Of a DNA stretch of 64,000 nucleotides, positions 25,780 to 39,439 are shown piece by piece. The DNA is taken from positions 54,562,001 through 54,626,000 of the forward strand of contig NC_058368.1 of assembly GCF_018350175.1 (NCBI RefSeq), read 5' to 3'. A program made the translations under genes and the position numbers. Below the pieces are notes generated by a model, which did no database searches, was not told the DNA's origin, and was given only the letters and a program-made list of their open reading frames with translations. Numbering within the stretch: position 1 is the stretch's first letter; each line of letters begins with the position of its first letter. This stretch comes from Felis catus (taxonomy: Eukaryota).

Positions 25780-26155
25780 TGCTATAGATTAAATGTTTAT
25801 GCCCCCCCCCAACCAATTTATATGTTGAAACCTGATCCTAAATGTGATAGTATTTTACAAGGTGGGCCTTTAAAGGTAATTAGGCCATAAGGGCTGAACC
25901 CATATGATGAGATTAGTGCCCTTACAAGAAGAAACAGGAAACAAACAGCTTGCCTTTTCTCTCTTTCTGCCCTGTGAGGATGCAGTGAGAAGATGGCCAT
26001 CTGCAAAAAAGGAAGAAGGTTCTCACCAGAACCCAACCACACTGGCTCCTTCATCTAATATTTCTGCTCTTCAGAACTGTAAGAAATAAATTTCTGTTCT
26101 TTAAGTCATCCAGTCTATGGCATTGTTGTTATAGCAGCTTAAGTAGATTAAGACA
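25780..26155 (+). mobile_element. MaLR LTR (MLT1A-like)
   Basis: tgctatagattaaatgttt...gaactgtaagaaataaatttctgtt...tagattaagaca. Confidence 0.85.
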
Positions 26156-26800
26156 AGCAGTATTATCCTGTCCTTTTATTTATATATTTAATATTTAAGT
26201 GTATCCTGTCCTTACATTCAATTATATATATATATATATTTTTTTTTTTTCCCTTGGCTCAGAGGTGTAGAATTCCACTGTCATTATTTACTAAACATCT
26301 GTTGTTATTTTGCTGTGTAAGCTTACAAAATTCTTTGTACTTTCATCCTTTATGCTTACTGTTAATATCATATTTAAACCATTTTCCCCCATGATAGCAA
26401 TTGCTCAGGAAAGCTCTAAAACATGAAAGCAAAAAACTAGAGACTTGTTTTAGTAAGGTAGGAAGGTACCATTAAATAAAGACAGGAGGAAAAAAAAGTG
26501 ATCATACAATTAAATCAGTAGGCTGAGAGTCTGACTTCTGGTCTCATATTTTTAGAGGCCTGGCTCACAGGGCTGTTACATAGGAAAACATCACTGTGAG
26601 TAAAGAATGTGAGGACTGAATTTCATTGAATAAAATTGTTAAACTTGTATTAGTACGTGATTCCCATTTTGAGTAACCCCTCTTAACCGTAGCTTCCCAA
26701 AATATAGTCTAGAGAAATCACAGGACTCTAGCCTGTATTTCTGCTGCCTCTGAAAATTCAGTAGAGTTATGGTAGAAACCTAATCAAAACATCTCTTTTA

Positions 26801-27003
26801 GGGGTTCCTGGGTGGTTCAGTTGGTTAAGTGGCCGACTCCTGATTTCAGCTCGGGTTGTGATCTCACAGTTTGTGAGTTCGAGCCCTGACTCGGGCTCCA
26901 CACTGATATCAAGGAGCCTGCTTGGGATTCTCTCTCTGTTTCTGCCCCTCCCCTGCTTGCCTGCTCTCTCTCTGTCAAGGTAAATAAATAAATTTAAAAA
27001 CAA
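26801..27003 (+). mobile_element. CAN-SINE
   Basis: ggggttcctgggtggttcag head; TSD aacatctc. Confidence 0.92.
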
Positions 27004-27099
27004 CAACATCTCCTATAGCTAAACTTTGACTTTTATGGATGCTCTAATGCTTGATGCAGCAAAAACTACTCTAGAAAAAATTAACACAGTAGAGCGAGT

Positions 27100-27730
27100 A
27101 CATGTGCAGAAAAAGTGTCTACATTAGCCAAAGTGGCCAGACTAGGCTTCCTCAAAGGGATTTTTTAAAGTCCTAAATGAGGTGAGAGAAACATCCAAAA
27201 TAACACCTGAGAGAAATGTTTTCTAGGCATAGAACCTCAAAGCAGTGCCAAGCCCCTCAGGAGAGAATGAATATAGAGTGCTCAAGCGATAGAAAGATAA
27301 TCTCTGTGGATGCAGCTCAGTGACAAAGAGGGAGAATTGAAAGACACAAAGTCATATAGGTAGATGGGGCCAAATCCTTTGGATCTTGCAGGCCATGGGA
27401 AGGAATTGGGTTTTTAATCTAATTGTTATGGACGCAACTGGAAAGAAATGACATAGTTTGACTTCAGTTTAGAGATGTTATTCTGCTGCTAGTGGACTAG
27501 AGTAGAAACGAAGAGATCAGGGAGGCTGTTAACATGCAGTCGAGGGAAAGACTGGAAGAGATTCTCCATGAGAGGCTACTGGATTTTACACATATTTTGT
27601 AGCTGATGAACTAGAAGTTGTATATGAGGCCTTGGGAAGAATCAAGGATGAATCCTAAGGTCAGCCAGAACTACTCAGTTGGTGGTGATGCCATTTGCTT
27701 ATCTGGGGAAGAGTGACAGGAGAACCTATA
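27100..27730 (-). mobile_element. L2 fragment
   Basis: cttgcaggccatgggaaggaattgggtttttaatct...gaatcaaggatgaatcctaagg. Confidence 0.7.
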
Positions 27731-28667
27731 CTATGTAAAGCAAGAGCCCTGCCTTATAGATCTTACTAGAGGATCACTGCCCTAAATTCAACTGCTGCCT
27801 AGGAAATACTTAACTGATTTTCCTCACGAACGCTTCCATGGTTTACATACAATGCAAATATAGATATGCCCACTATTCAGATTGTTTGTCAAATAGTAGG
27901 TAGCAAATGTATATGTTAAAAACATACATGAGTTTTCCAAAGACATCTCAGAATTCAGAACTAACCAGAAATGGAAATAAAATCTGATTTAGGAATTCTA
28001 TATGAACTTTAATGATCGCATAAATTAGAAAATAGTTTACTAATGGTGTAAAAACAGGGAGTTTTCAAAAACAGAGAAAGTTGGCCTAAACCATTCAATA
28101 AAAATTATATTGGATGGATCCTTTCAATTTACAGAAAATAAAAACTACAAGTTATGACACTAGGAGTAAAAAGATCTGATGTATGTACAAAGAAATGGAG
28201 AGGGAGAAAAATCAACACATAGAAAAGGAATACAATAAGTCAACAGTAGGGATAATTCAGATGTTTTGCTGTTGTATAATTCTAAGGCATAGATGACAGA
28301 TTTTTTGGTCATGATGCATATAAAAATTGAGTTAGAAACAAAAAATACTCTTCAATTAATTTTTATTGTGATGACAAATTGTACTATTATGTAAGTTCTT
28401 GTCCTTGTAAAACAAGAAACTGTCACTGGGAGTTAACATGGAAAGTTCACTAAGTAAATCAAAGAAAGGGAACACTTCTGGAAGTAATAAATAATTAATA
28501 AAAATGCTAAAGAGAAGAGTATCAATACATTAAGTAAGATGTGTATGGAAAACTGGAAATAGTCAAGAGTGGCATACAATTGTAAACATCCACCTTCTAA
28601 AAAAAGGACAAATGAATGATTGATCAAATTACCAGATCTATTTCTCATGTATGCTTTGATCATCCAC

Positions 28668-28701
<34 letters not shown>

Positions 28702-28800
28702 GATAGAATTAGAATTGGCACTAACATGTGGTAGAGTGAGTTGAACTGAATTGAATTGAGCCGCTTTGAATTGAACTGCATTGAATAAAATTGAATTGGG
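28668..28800. repeat. (GA)n followed by degenerate (TGAAT)n pentamers
   Basis: ttgaactgaattgaattgagccgctttgaattgaactgcattgaat. Confidence 0.75.
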
Positions 28801-29684
28801 GATTTGTGCTGATTGTGAATAGCTGGCTGTGTGAAAGAGTGGCTGAGTGATTAGCCAGGAGCTTTATACTAACGCCAAGTGTGTGAGATTGCTGCAGAGT
28901 GAGTGGAAAAATAAAATGAGGGTTTGCTTCTAACAGGAACTGGATATGAAGACAGTAAAATATAATCATTAGAATAGAAGAATAAAAAGCTATTCAGAGA
29001 AAAGAAAAGAAAAGAAAAAAACGTTGCTACAAATAGATGCCAGAAATAAAGAAAATGAAAACAAAAAGAAACATAGGAAAGAGAAATACTGGAATAAAAG
29101 TCTATTAAAGACATATATTAATGATTATTTGAATTACTATTTTCTAATTCTTGGATATTACCAAATTTCGGTACAAAGGCCTCTCATTTCTTCTTCTAAG
29201 AGTTGAATACAATGTACCAATCCATACCCCCAAATCAGATGAACCACTAAAGAAGGAATTATTCATTGATGGCTCTTGAGAAATGGCAGAGCATCTTTGA
29301 ATAACTGCATTGAGGTTATGACAATGTCCTGTGTCAGTTCTTCATAGCTGCACATCCATTATCTTGCCAGACACAGAAGAGTGAGAACTGTAGTCTCTGA
29401 CATTTAACTGTTTCATGGGTGTCAACCAAGAGCAAAACATAGGTGGTCCTAGAGGTCCATTATGAATAAGAATATTGTTAAATGGATTCTTCATTCTAAA
29501 ACCACCAAAACATAACAAACTGTATTCTTCAAGGAAGAATTGCTTCACCAGAATAACTACTTGTAATGGGTAATAATCTGTTCTCGCTTTTAAAAATACT
29601 ACATTTTGTGACAACCAGTTCTGTCTGCCTCTTGGTTCTGCGTAACTTGCAAACACGAAACACCACACTGAGAAGTCTTCTGCA

Positions 29685-29890
29685 ACCCTGTACTGCAGTG
29701 GGCTGTACCAGCCTGAGGGAGCTGATGGCACACATCTTCTCCCCCACTGAGCTTTCAGTGACTCGAGATTTGTGGCTTGAAATCAGCAATGGTGGGAGTA
29801 TTTATACCTCAGAAGTCATCGAAGGCCATAAATAGAAGTTCCCTCTAACCCCAGTACCAAATCTATAAACATTTATCAGCACACCACTTC
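29685..29890. mobile_element. MER63-like hAT-Blackjack MITE
   Basis: ggcttgaaatcagcaatggtgggagtatttatacc and terminal aaacatttatcagcacaccact match the recalled MER63 consensus. Confidence 0.75.
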
Positions 29891-30034
29891 GAAATGAATT
29901 TGAGAGCAATAAAATCCAGTAAAATAAGTGGTATGCACAAAGCAATGTGTCTGTCCTCTATCTTGTACTTTTTTTGTTTACCACAGTGTGTTGCTAATAG
30001 ACATCATTAATGGCATTAGAGAGATAAAGATTTT

Positions 30035-30235
30035 AAGTGCCAACTCCTGGTTCCATAGCTATGTGACCTTTGGTATATTAAATACCTTTTCCAAGCCACT
30101 GTTTCCACAGTTCCTCTTTCTCATGGGACTGTAGGGAGATATATAGGAAATAATGTATGTAAAATGTGTAACTCCATCCTTGGCATATAGTGTGTGTGTC
30201 AGTAGCATAACATGTTGTACACTTATTAACTACTG
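30035..30235 (+). mobile_element. MIR
   Basis: tagctatgtgacctttggt...aagccactgtttcc...cttggcatatagt. Confidence 0.65.
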
Positions 30236-31054
30236 CCTTAGTTTTGTTCACCATCTTTTGGATTCTCTGTTTCTCTCTCTCAAACTCCATCATAGTATCT
30301 AGGAAGACTTGATTGGATGTTTGATTCTATTAGCTGTAGCTCTCAGCTAGGCTTACGTCTTCTGGCTAGATCATGCACTCTTCCTGGTAGATTGTCTACT
30401 ACCCATTTGGTATACCTACCACCTCTATGCATTTCGATCAGACCTTGTCCATATATCTTAGTCTATAAAATGAGCACAGTTTAAATGTGTTATATTTATA
30501 ATTTATTTTCACTTACAAATCATGTGTTAAATATACATGCATGTATTGTAATTACACTGAAGTGAAATGTCACAAAATTAATTTACATTTAAAAATAATT
30601 TTGTTCAAATATACAAACTTATTTATTTATTAGTCATTATGTTTTATAGGAGTTTATTTCAGATCTTTAAAAAGTATTTAAATTCTTTGAGCAATTTTTA
30701 AATAATATTTTTACTTTTTTAAAGAATAAGAATGTGTTTAAATATAAAAAATGGACATAAATCACCTATTTATAAGGTGAGATAATTGAGAAATGGAAAA
30801 AAAAATAAGAGCAAAACATTAGAGAGAAAAGCTCTATGAGGTGCAAGTCAAATCCTTCTTTGTCACAACTCAAGAGTGACATCAACTTATTTTCAAACTA
30901 AGAGACATATTTTTTATCTCTATGTTGAGAAGTATGAATTACTATGAGTTCTTCAATTTCTTCTGGCTCTAGCATTTTCTAAACCACATTATCTTTCAAA
31001 TTTCTACCCAGAAAAAACTTTCTATTGTTAACCTAATAGCAAAAACTAATTTTA

Positions 31055-31281
31055 TTTTATTTTTTTTTAATTTTTTTTTCAACATTTATTTATTTTTGGG
31101 ACAGAGAGAGACAGAGCATGAATGGGGCAGGGGCAGAGAGAGAGGGAGACACAGAATCGGAAACAGGCTCCAGGCTCTGAGCCATCAGCCCAGAGCCCGA
31201 CGTGGGGCTCGAACTCACGGACCGCGAGATCGTGACCTGGCTGAAGTTGGACGCTTAACCGACTGCGCCCCCAGGCGCCCC
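31055..31281 (-). mobile_element. Young SINEC_Fc
   Basis: Perfect 17-bp TSD agcaaaaactaatttta at 31038-31054 and 31282-31298. Confidence 0.97.
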
Positions 31282-31515
31282 AGCAAAAACTAATTTTAAT
31301 ACAACATAAATATATTGTAAATATGATGGTGCCTAAAATAGGAAAAGCAGTAAAATGTCAGGAATATATATACTTCCCCATATATAATATTTTTAATTGA
31401 AGAACTCTAATAGATGGCAGCAAACATATTTTGATTCATTTTAAAATAAAGCTTGAAATCAGCCCTGAAAAGCTAGCAGAGTCATAAATATGGGACACTT
31501 CAGGAAAGTATCCAT

Positions 31516-31740
31516 CATAGACGTTGGCAACATATGACTATGGGCAAAATCCAGTCCATTACTCATCTTTGTAAACAAACTTTTATTGGAACCCCACTAC
31601 ACCCATTTGTTTATGAATAGCCTATGGCTGCTTTTACACTACAGTGGCAGAGTTGACTAGCTGTGAGAGAGACCATATGGCCTGCAAAGCCTAAAATACC
31701 ATACTATCTGGTCTTTTACAGAAAAAGTTTGCTGACTCTA
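31516..31740 (+). mobile_element. MER58A-like hAT-Charlie MITE
   Basis: gttggcaac...ttttattggaac...ggcctgcaaagcctaaaata...cagaaaaagtttgctgac. Confidence 0.85.
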
Positions 31741-31886
31741 ATACTGTGAAATAAAATGCAACTCCAGTAATTTTATTACAATGGATAATGAGGTTATTTT
31801 ACAACAAAATACAAATATTTTCCGAAGAAAAAGGCTATATTGAAGAAAAATAGGTCATGAAGCTATTTGATAAGATAAATATGCAA

Positions 31887-32081
31887 GGGGCTCCTGCATG
31901 GCTCAGTCAGTTAAGCGTCCAACTCTTGATTTCAGCTCTGGTCATGATCTCATCGTTTGGGAGTTCAAGCCCTCCGCTAACAGCCTGCTGACAATTCTCT
32001 GTCTCCTCTGCTCTCTGTCCCTTACCTTCTTGCTCATGCTCTCTCTCTCTCTCTCAAAAATAAATAAGTAAACTTAAAAAA
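31887..32081 (+). mobile_element. CAN-SINE with internal deletion
   Basis: TSD aagataaa(t/c)atgc. Confidence 0.92.
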
Positions 32082-33894
32082 AAAGATAAACATGCCATAG
32101 ATGTGATTGTGGTGGTATTCGTTCTATTTTCTGCCCTTTCCAAGTAAATACTCCAACTGCAAGTTTAATCAACAATTTAGACTTTTTCAAGTATTTGTAG
32201 ATTTTTCCCCCTGGTGCTTTGTTATCATTTAATGGGTTAAAAATTTTAGAGATCCCTCAGTTTGAAATTATAGATTATCCATTCATCTTTGTTACATTTC
32301 CTTTTATTTGATATTGTCCTTTAGTTTTTACTTCAGAGGAAATAGGTCAAAATTAATTTATTGAAAATAATTCTAATCAGAGACTGTTCAAAAATAAAAG
32401 ATTTAAACCTTTCTTGGGTTCAAGTTCTGTTACTAACAGTAAAATAAGAAGTGGTTCATGTGTATTTCTGTGATACAGTCCCTCTGCACAGTTTGGGGGT
32501 ATAGGTTGTGGTAGAAATGGGTTGACGAGGGACGTGGGGAAATGCCAAAGGAGGAAATCTCCCCAGTGCATAGTTAGCCCTGAGAAAGGTGAACATTATT
32601 ATTTCAGAGAAGCCAGAGTAGTGTTTTCTCTATAGACCCATAATAAGGTAAAATATTTTCATAATACTTTTATTGCTGTCATATACAGAAGGAAAATGAT
32701 GATCTTGTAAGGAACAAAGAATATATTAAGAACAATGTAGAAAGACTTGGATATACTATTTTCTTAATCTTTAAAAATACAAGGTACTTTAAACTGATCA
32801 AAGCATGATATTATGGTTGTAGTTTGTATGCCTTTTTGTTACTAGTATTTTCTATCTTTGTCTTTAATTTTCTCAATTCTTGTTTTCTTCATTTCAGTAT
32901 TGGCCCATAAAAAATCTAAACCTAAGTCTTATGGTGCATTATGCATTTAGGTGCATTAGTCTAGAAAGTCCTTAAATACACTCTTTTTTTTTAAATCATT
33001 TTTACCCAATTGTTCACTAGCTAATTTTTTATCCCTATGGTCTAGTAAATCATCCTAAGGAACAATTTATTTTCTTCTTCAAAAAAAATATTTCCTTCCA
33101 CCACTATTACTAGTGTATTTGAAATACCCTCAAATTCCGCAACAGTTCAGTGCCAGCAATATAAGTGTATTTAACACTAGCAGTGCAGTATTTCTGGTAA
33201 TCTAAAAGGAACTGGGCTATAGACTGAGTTTGTGTTGAGTTCTGCAATTCTTTTACAGTTAGATCAAGCTAGAACACATACAATAAAAAGGATGATGATG
33301 CCTACAGAACTATACGGTGAATCAGCCTTGGGAAGCATGAGAAAAATCATTCACATAGCAGCAATACATATTTTTTGTAAGGTGTAATTATTCTTTAAGA
33401 GAGGAAATGTCAGCATACAATATATTGTCATATGATTTGTTGAGTTCCACCTAGAGTGATTGCCTAAGTTTTTCTTGTGTAATTGCTTAGAAGCTTTATT
33501 TAAGTTCTTTGAAATCCTCCCTGCAGCCAACAATTATGGCAACTCTAGTTTCATCTGAAGTCATACAAAGAGAAATATTATGTTAATAATTCTGGCTATA
33601 AACACTGAGGGGACGTTTGATTAGAATAGTAATTCAGTGTGCTTCTCAGACTCTAGAGGAAGTGTCATGCTTAAAGGCAACCACACTTCATCTATGATTC
33701 TAAGAGAGAACAGATGATTTTATGAAACATATTAAAATTATTCGAATAGAAAAAATGTATTATTCATGTTGATACAGAAGTGTGTTATCTGGGGAAAGCA
33801 GGTTGATGTTCTTCCAGGATGCCCACTTTCTTGGTGAATTTTCAATATCTATGGCTCACCTCTCAACCTCTGAAGTCGCTACAGTTTGATTCTA

Positions 33895-34230
33895 ATTTAT
33901 GAATTTATTCCTTCAAAGATTAATAATTGAGGGTCTACTATATGCCAGGAACTATTCTAGTTGCTAGGCAAAGAGTGGTAAAGGAAAAAGCCCTAAGTCC
34001 CTGAGTTCATGGAGCTCACTTATATCCTACTGGTGAAATTAATAGTCCTTTCTATCAGGGATCACTCTTCTAAGCACTCTGTTTAACTCATTTATCACTT
34101 TATGGAATAAGATATTATCATTTTCTCTATTTCAAACAGGGAGCACTCAGATATTAGGTAATCTGTTTAAGGTCAAACTAGGAACTTTGGAACTTGGTTC
34201 CATGGTCTGTCCTTTAGACCATTGTACTAT
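33895..34230 (-). mobile_element. L2 3' end followed by a MIR fragment
   Basis: ttattccttcaaag...ttgagggtctactatatgccagg; ttaactcattt...ctctatttcaaacaggg...aaggtcaaact. Confidence 0.6.
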
Positions 34231-34704
34231 GCTGCTGATATTGGCAGCATGTTAATAATACAAAAATGAGCTCAACTGTCATAGGTAGAGATCCACTAGT
34301 CAAGGTCATATCAACTTACCAAGGCCTTGAAAAATGTATTAGTTCATAATCTTGTGCAAAAATTCAATATTGTAACCTGTAAATTCTTTAATTTTGGAAT
34401 ACATCTATTCCTTGGTAAGGCTCACCGCTAAATGTCATAGCACTCGACTTTAATGATTTTATACTACAACTCTAACTTGATTTTATAAATTCCAAAGATG
34501 AAAAGTCTTATTTTCTGTGTGCCAAGAGAAAACATTTAAGTAGTGGCAGGATATCTAGATAATGATACACTCAAATATTACTCATTGGTGTAGGTACCGA
34601 AAAGGTGCTTAAAATTGTATACCTGTTTACGTAAAATACTTTTCAATCATTCATATATTCTCCAAATAGCTTAATGAGTCACTGCTCAATATATCAATGA
34701 GGAG

Positions 34705-35000
34705 CCTGTCCTGTCAGTAAGCAGAAATGACCAGGTATTGCAATAGAAAGAATTTAATATGAAGAATTCTTAACTAGGAATAGAGTCATCAGCCAGGTTA
34801 TTGAAGAAGCAAAAAGAGAACACTAAGGTATCAGACAGGTAACAACTTTATGAAGCAGCTGAGCTAGGATGCAGAAAACAAGGAAAAGAGCTTGGAAGTT
34901 TTAAAACTCAGAGATTTAGAGGAGGGGTCATATGAAGCTGAAAAGCAAGTTTCTGGGAAGTGGGTGTTACAGTGCTGATATTAGGGTCTCAGCTAACTGA
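34705..35000 (-). mobile_element. ERVL-class LTR fragment
   Basis: gaaagaatttaatatgaagaattcttaactagg...aaaagagaacactaaggtatc resembles old ERVL LTRs; subfamily uncertain. Confidence 0.6.
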
Positions 35001-35199
35001 GGAGAATTAAGGAAAATTCTATAAAACACTTGAACAGTACTCCACAAAAGTACTAGTGGGGGAGCCTCGTTGAGGAGCCTCAACTACTTCCACCTCCTAA
35101 TTTTCAGACCAGTGCATTCCTATATATTCCAGCTTATGGGAAAGACATCTCCATATACGGGTTGCTGATGCAAAGAACACACTGCATCCTGTAAGACAG

Positions 35200-36060
35200 A
35201 ACCAAATCCTTTCAAGATGTTATCTTGAAAATGACACTGTAACTGATTCTTGTATTCAAGAATCCATATCTAGATTTGTGTCTATTGCAGTCCAGAGGAC
35301 AAATCTTTGCCCCTTCCATGATGAATGAGTCCACTCTTAACAACTTGTTCCGGGTCCTGACTGGTCCCTACAAATAAATGGCAACACATCTGTAGGTCAA
35401 TATTGGTCTCTGCTGATGGTAGGCCTGGCCTTTTTTTTTTCTTTCTTTTTTTTTTTTTTTTTAATTTTTTTTTCTCAAAGTTTTTATTTATTTTTGGGAC
35501 AGAGAGAGAGCATGAACGGGGGAGGGGCAGAGAGAGAGGGAGACACAGAATCGGAAACAGGCTCCAGGCTCCGAGCCAACAGCCCAGAGCCTGACGTGGG
35601 GCTCGAACTCACGGACCCCGAGATCGTGACCTGGACCGCGAGATCGTGACCTGGCTGAAGTCGGGGGCTTAACCGACTGCGCCACCCAGGCGCCCCGGCC
35701 TGGCCTTTATCAGTAGTAGTACCCAGGCCCTGCTTGATGAGGGGAAGTTAATGTTATTGAAATCATGCAGAGTCATCATCTTTGCAACCATGGACACTTT
35801 GTATTTGGGTTACTGAGCAATTAGTGGGTGGTTGGGGGAAGAGGCTGACCCACATGCCATTTTATCCACTTGATTTCTGAGAGCTTCTCTTTAGTGGATG
35901 CATTAACATGAAACAATCATCCTCACAGTCTGTACCTGTTCTGTGAGGTCCAACCACATACATGTCTTCACCAGATGTTCTTACAACCAGTCTTCAAGTC
36001 ATGTTCTTTTTTATGTCTTGCTTACTATCTAAATTGACAGTAGAAGCTCAAGAATGAATG
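35200..36060 (-). pseudogene. ERVL pol (RNase H/integrase) remnant interrupted by a SINE
   Basis: Minus strand encodes HQQRPIL and WKGQRFVL, matching the ERVL integrase segment QQQRPTL...WKGQRFVLTGIDT. Confidence 0.8.
35434..35696 (-). mobile_element. Young SINEC_Fc with a 20-bp internal duplication
   Basis: TSD ggcctggccttt at 35422-35433 and 35697-35708. Confidence 0.96.
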
Positions 36061-36294
36061 TATATTTGATTCCGGGCTACCCCGAGAGGGACAGGGCAGT
36101 GATACTGTTTCCTACTTATTCAGCAGCAGTGTTATAACATAGAACTCTTTGGAACCAGGACCAAGTTTTATCCCCTTCAGTTAACCATCACAAAGAACTG
36201 TATTTCAGTCTGATGCACAACTGTGAAACAATAAAAAAGTAACTTTCATGATAGAAAATACACATAGAACAAAACTGATGTCCAAGCATCACTG

Positions 36295-36468
36295 ATACAT
36301 TCACCCCTAGAACCTCCCTAAGAAATGCAGCTCTGTCAACCCCTTGATTTGAGCTAGAAGACCCTTTCCAGATTATTGAATATCTGAATGGTAAGGTAAT
36401 AGATTTGTGCTGTTTTATGAAGTTAAATTTATGGAAATTTGTTACAGTAGCAATAGAAAGCTAACATA
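36295..36468 (+). mobile_element. MaLR LTR 3' part (MLT1D-like)
   Basis: ctagaacctccc...aatagatttgtgctgtttt...ttgttacagtagcaatagaaagctaaca. Confidence 0.75.
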
Positions 36469-36469
36469 C

Positions 36470-37615
36470 CAGTTTTTTCACTAATGTCCTCCTCCTTTTC
36501 CAGGTTACACTCTGGAGATCCACACTGAATTTTTATGCCACGTCTACTTGGCATCCTCCAGAGACTGAAAATTTCTCAGTCTTTGTGTATTTTAAGATGT
36601 TGATACTTTTGTGGAGTACTGTTCAAGTGTTTTATAGAATTTTCCTTAATTTGTGTTTGTCAAATATTTTCTCCTAAATAGACTGAGATTATCCATATGG
36701 AGAATAAATACCCAAAAGGTGAAGTGTTCTTTTCATGACCTTATATGAGGGTACCTATGATATTAACATGACATATTGCTGGTGATGTTCACCTTGATCA
36801 CTTAAGGTGGTGTCTGCAGCTTTCTTCACTGTAAAGTTAGCTTTACTCTTTTTCCATTTTTTTTCTTTTTTAAAGATAGTAAATCATCCAGCCCACAGTC
36901 AAGAAGAGAGGAATTAATTTTCCCTTCCTGCTGGAAGGAGTATTTTGTGGATATACATTAAAACAACTAGAGTATTTAATAACTATATTGGGAGAGATGC
37001 TTTGATGTCATGCAAATATCCTATTTCTCCTTAAAGTTCACCTGCTAATTTTAGCATTAATTAGATGATCTTGCCTGCAGCAATTATAACCATGGTATTT
37101 TAATGGTGATTTTTCTATCTTCCTCATTTCTTCTACATATATTATTTGGAAGTCTTCTCTGAGGAAGATTGTCTATCCTGGCCACTCCCCATTTTAAAGG
37201 AAATTATTCAACCATTTATTTAGATTAGTATAGACTCTTGGATTTTCACTGTATTCTTTAGGTTGCAATATAATACTATTGCTATTTACTTTGTTGTTCC
37301 AAATTATTCCAGCTTTGATTATTGGAGCTTGTTCAGGCTAATTCTCATTTTGACATGAGTCCCATGCTCCCCAATTTTTCATTTCTTTTCCTCCTCCTTC
37401 TTCTTCTTCTTCTTCTTCTTCTTCTTCTTCTTCTTCTTCTTCTTCTTCTTCTTCTTCTTTCTTTTAGAACTACAAGATACTCAAGTCTCATAGCTTATTT
37501 TTCCTGCCCAAATCAAAGAATTGGCAAGAATTGGCCATTTCTTCAAGGATCTCTGGCTCCTTTTATTGAATAATTGGCATTTAGTAACTAAGATATGGCT
37601 CTATATATGCTCATA
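36470..37615 (-). mobile_element. Old L1MC-type 3'UTR
   Basis: gagtactgttcaagtgttttatagaat...ggtgatgttcaccttgatcac...tgcaaatatcctatttctc. Confidence 0.7.
37397..37460. repeat. (CTT)n trinucleotide repeat
   Basis: About 20 uninterrupted units. Confidence 0.97.
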
Positions 37616-37644
37616 CAACAACTGAATTTTATTTTATTTTATTT

Positions 37645-37856
37645 TAATTTTTTTTCAACGTTTATTTATTTTTGGGACAGAAAGAGACAGAGCACGAACG
37701 GGGGAGGGGCAGAGAGAGAGGGAGACACAGAATCGGAAACAGGCTCCAGGCTCTGAGCCATCAGCCCAGAGCCCAACGGGGCTCGAACTCACGGACCGCG
37801 AGATCGTGACCTGGCTGAAGTCGGACGCTTAACCGACTGCGCCACCCAGGCGCCCC
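37645..37856 (-). mobile_element. Young SINEC_Fc
   Basis: CpG-rich; flanked by (ATTTT)n on both sides. Confidence 0.95.
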
Positions 37857-38503
37857 TATTTTATTTTATTTTAAAATAAACATTTATATCTATGTTTACA
37901 AGTATTGTGAAAAGTAAAAAATATAGATAACAGTATAGGAAAGAGTAAATATCATGCTATGTCCCATCATCCTGTGATAATCACTATTAATTTCTTCATG
38001 CACTTTACTGTTTATATATTTTTGTAATGGGATATGTTTATGATTTGAGGTAGGCCTTTAGTTTTTGCTTAAATAGTTCTTAATTTTAGTTATTATTCAT
38101 TATTAAACATTCTTTGAGGATTTGTACTATGTCATGATTCATTCTATTTCTGAACTTCTGTGTAAGAGATGTGCGGAAATCAATTCATACACATGAAATG
38201 ACGCAAATAAAAGAATAATACAAGAATATGTTCTTAATTTAGATGAAAAGGAAATTGATATAGTCATGTAGATTCTTATTTGAGTAAAGACGTTAAAAAA
38301 TATTCAGCATGAGACCTTTGGAGCACAATATAATTAAAAAGGTCTGATCACAGCCAAGAGAAGAAAAATAGAAAATTTGACAGTTACTCCTAGCTTTACA
38401 TATGTATCTGTACTTTGTAATTTACATTGCTTTTTTATTTTACATATAGTTTCTGCTTCAATAATGCAAAATGGGATTAGTGTTCCCACATATGTAACCT
38501 CAG

Positions 38504-38734
38504 GGTTTTTTAAAATTTTTTTTAATGTTTATTTATTTTTGAGAGAGAGAGAGAGAGAGAGAGACAGAGTGCAAGCAGGGGAGGAGCAGAGAGAGGGCGA
38601 CACAGAATCCGAAGCAGGCTCCAGGCTCCAAACTCTCAGCACAGAGCCTGATGCGGGGCTCGAACTCACGAACAGTGAGATCATGACCTGAGCTGAAGTC
38701 AGATGCTCAACTGACTGAGCCACCCAGGCACCCT
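38504..38734 (-). mobile_element. CAN-SINE
   Basis: TSD catatgtaacctcag at 38489-38503 and 38735-38749. Confidence 0.96.
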
Positions 38735-39439
38735 CATATGTAACCTCAGTTTAATGCACATATTTATCCCCAGTAAATTTTAGACTTTTAAAACCAAGAA
38801 ATAAGAATTTACTCCAGTGTTGGATTTAGTTTGTTTAAGAGAAAATGAACAGAAAAATGATCAAAAGATGACTTAATCTATATCAAGAGAGATGGAATGA
38901 ATAAAACCTACTGCACTCTATCTCTTCAGTAGCAAAATAGAATAGAATTTGCAACAAAAGCAAAGGGTAGCAATAGAAAAAATAAACAATTATTATATGA
39001 TGTCAGGGATACACAAAGCATAATTAAGTGTTAAGCACAATTTGGTTTATGTGTTCCATAACTGGGGGAAAAACGCCTGAATTGAGTAGCATCTGTATTG
39101 TTAGGGTCAAGAACAACTTTTTTTTTTTTTTGCTTTTCCTACTTATACATTATTTGTTAGTATTTCATACTCAATATTTTGTTTTTCCAAAAAAAATTAT
39201 TGGAGTACATTATAACAAATAATAACTATCTCTCACCAAATCAATCTGAAAACAATTTCCCAAATAAACCTGAAAACGAACAAAACAAAAAGAACTTTAA
39301 CTTCTCATTTGAATCACAGAAAGCCATGCTATCTGAACACTTTGTAAGTGTATCTAGGCATATCATTTCAGTTTCTGGGGGAAAAATCATCACAAAAGAT
39401 TGATATTATATAGGTAAATATGGAAAAAAACAGGAAAAT

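Noticed and set aside
15490..27860. Isolated octamer motifs (atttgcat at about 15491 and 19409, atgcaaat at about 27852)
   Set aside because: Expected by chance in AT-rich DNA and lacking supporting context
29342..29835. Three overlapping ORFs (129, 86 and 89 aa) suggesting a coding exon
   Set aside because: No recognisable domain, and the right-hand part lies in a MER63-like MITE; consistent with chance ORFs
37322..37573. ORF with a poly-Leu stretch resembling a signal peptide or TM helix
   Set aside because: Translation of the (CTT)n microsatellite inside an old L1 3'UTR
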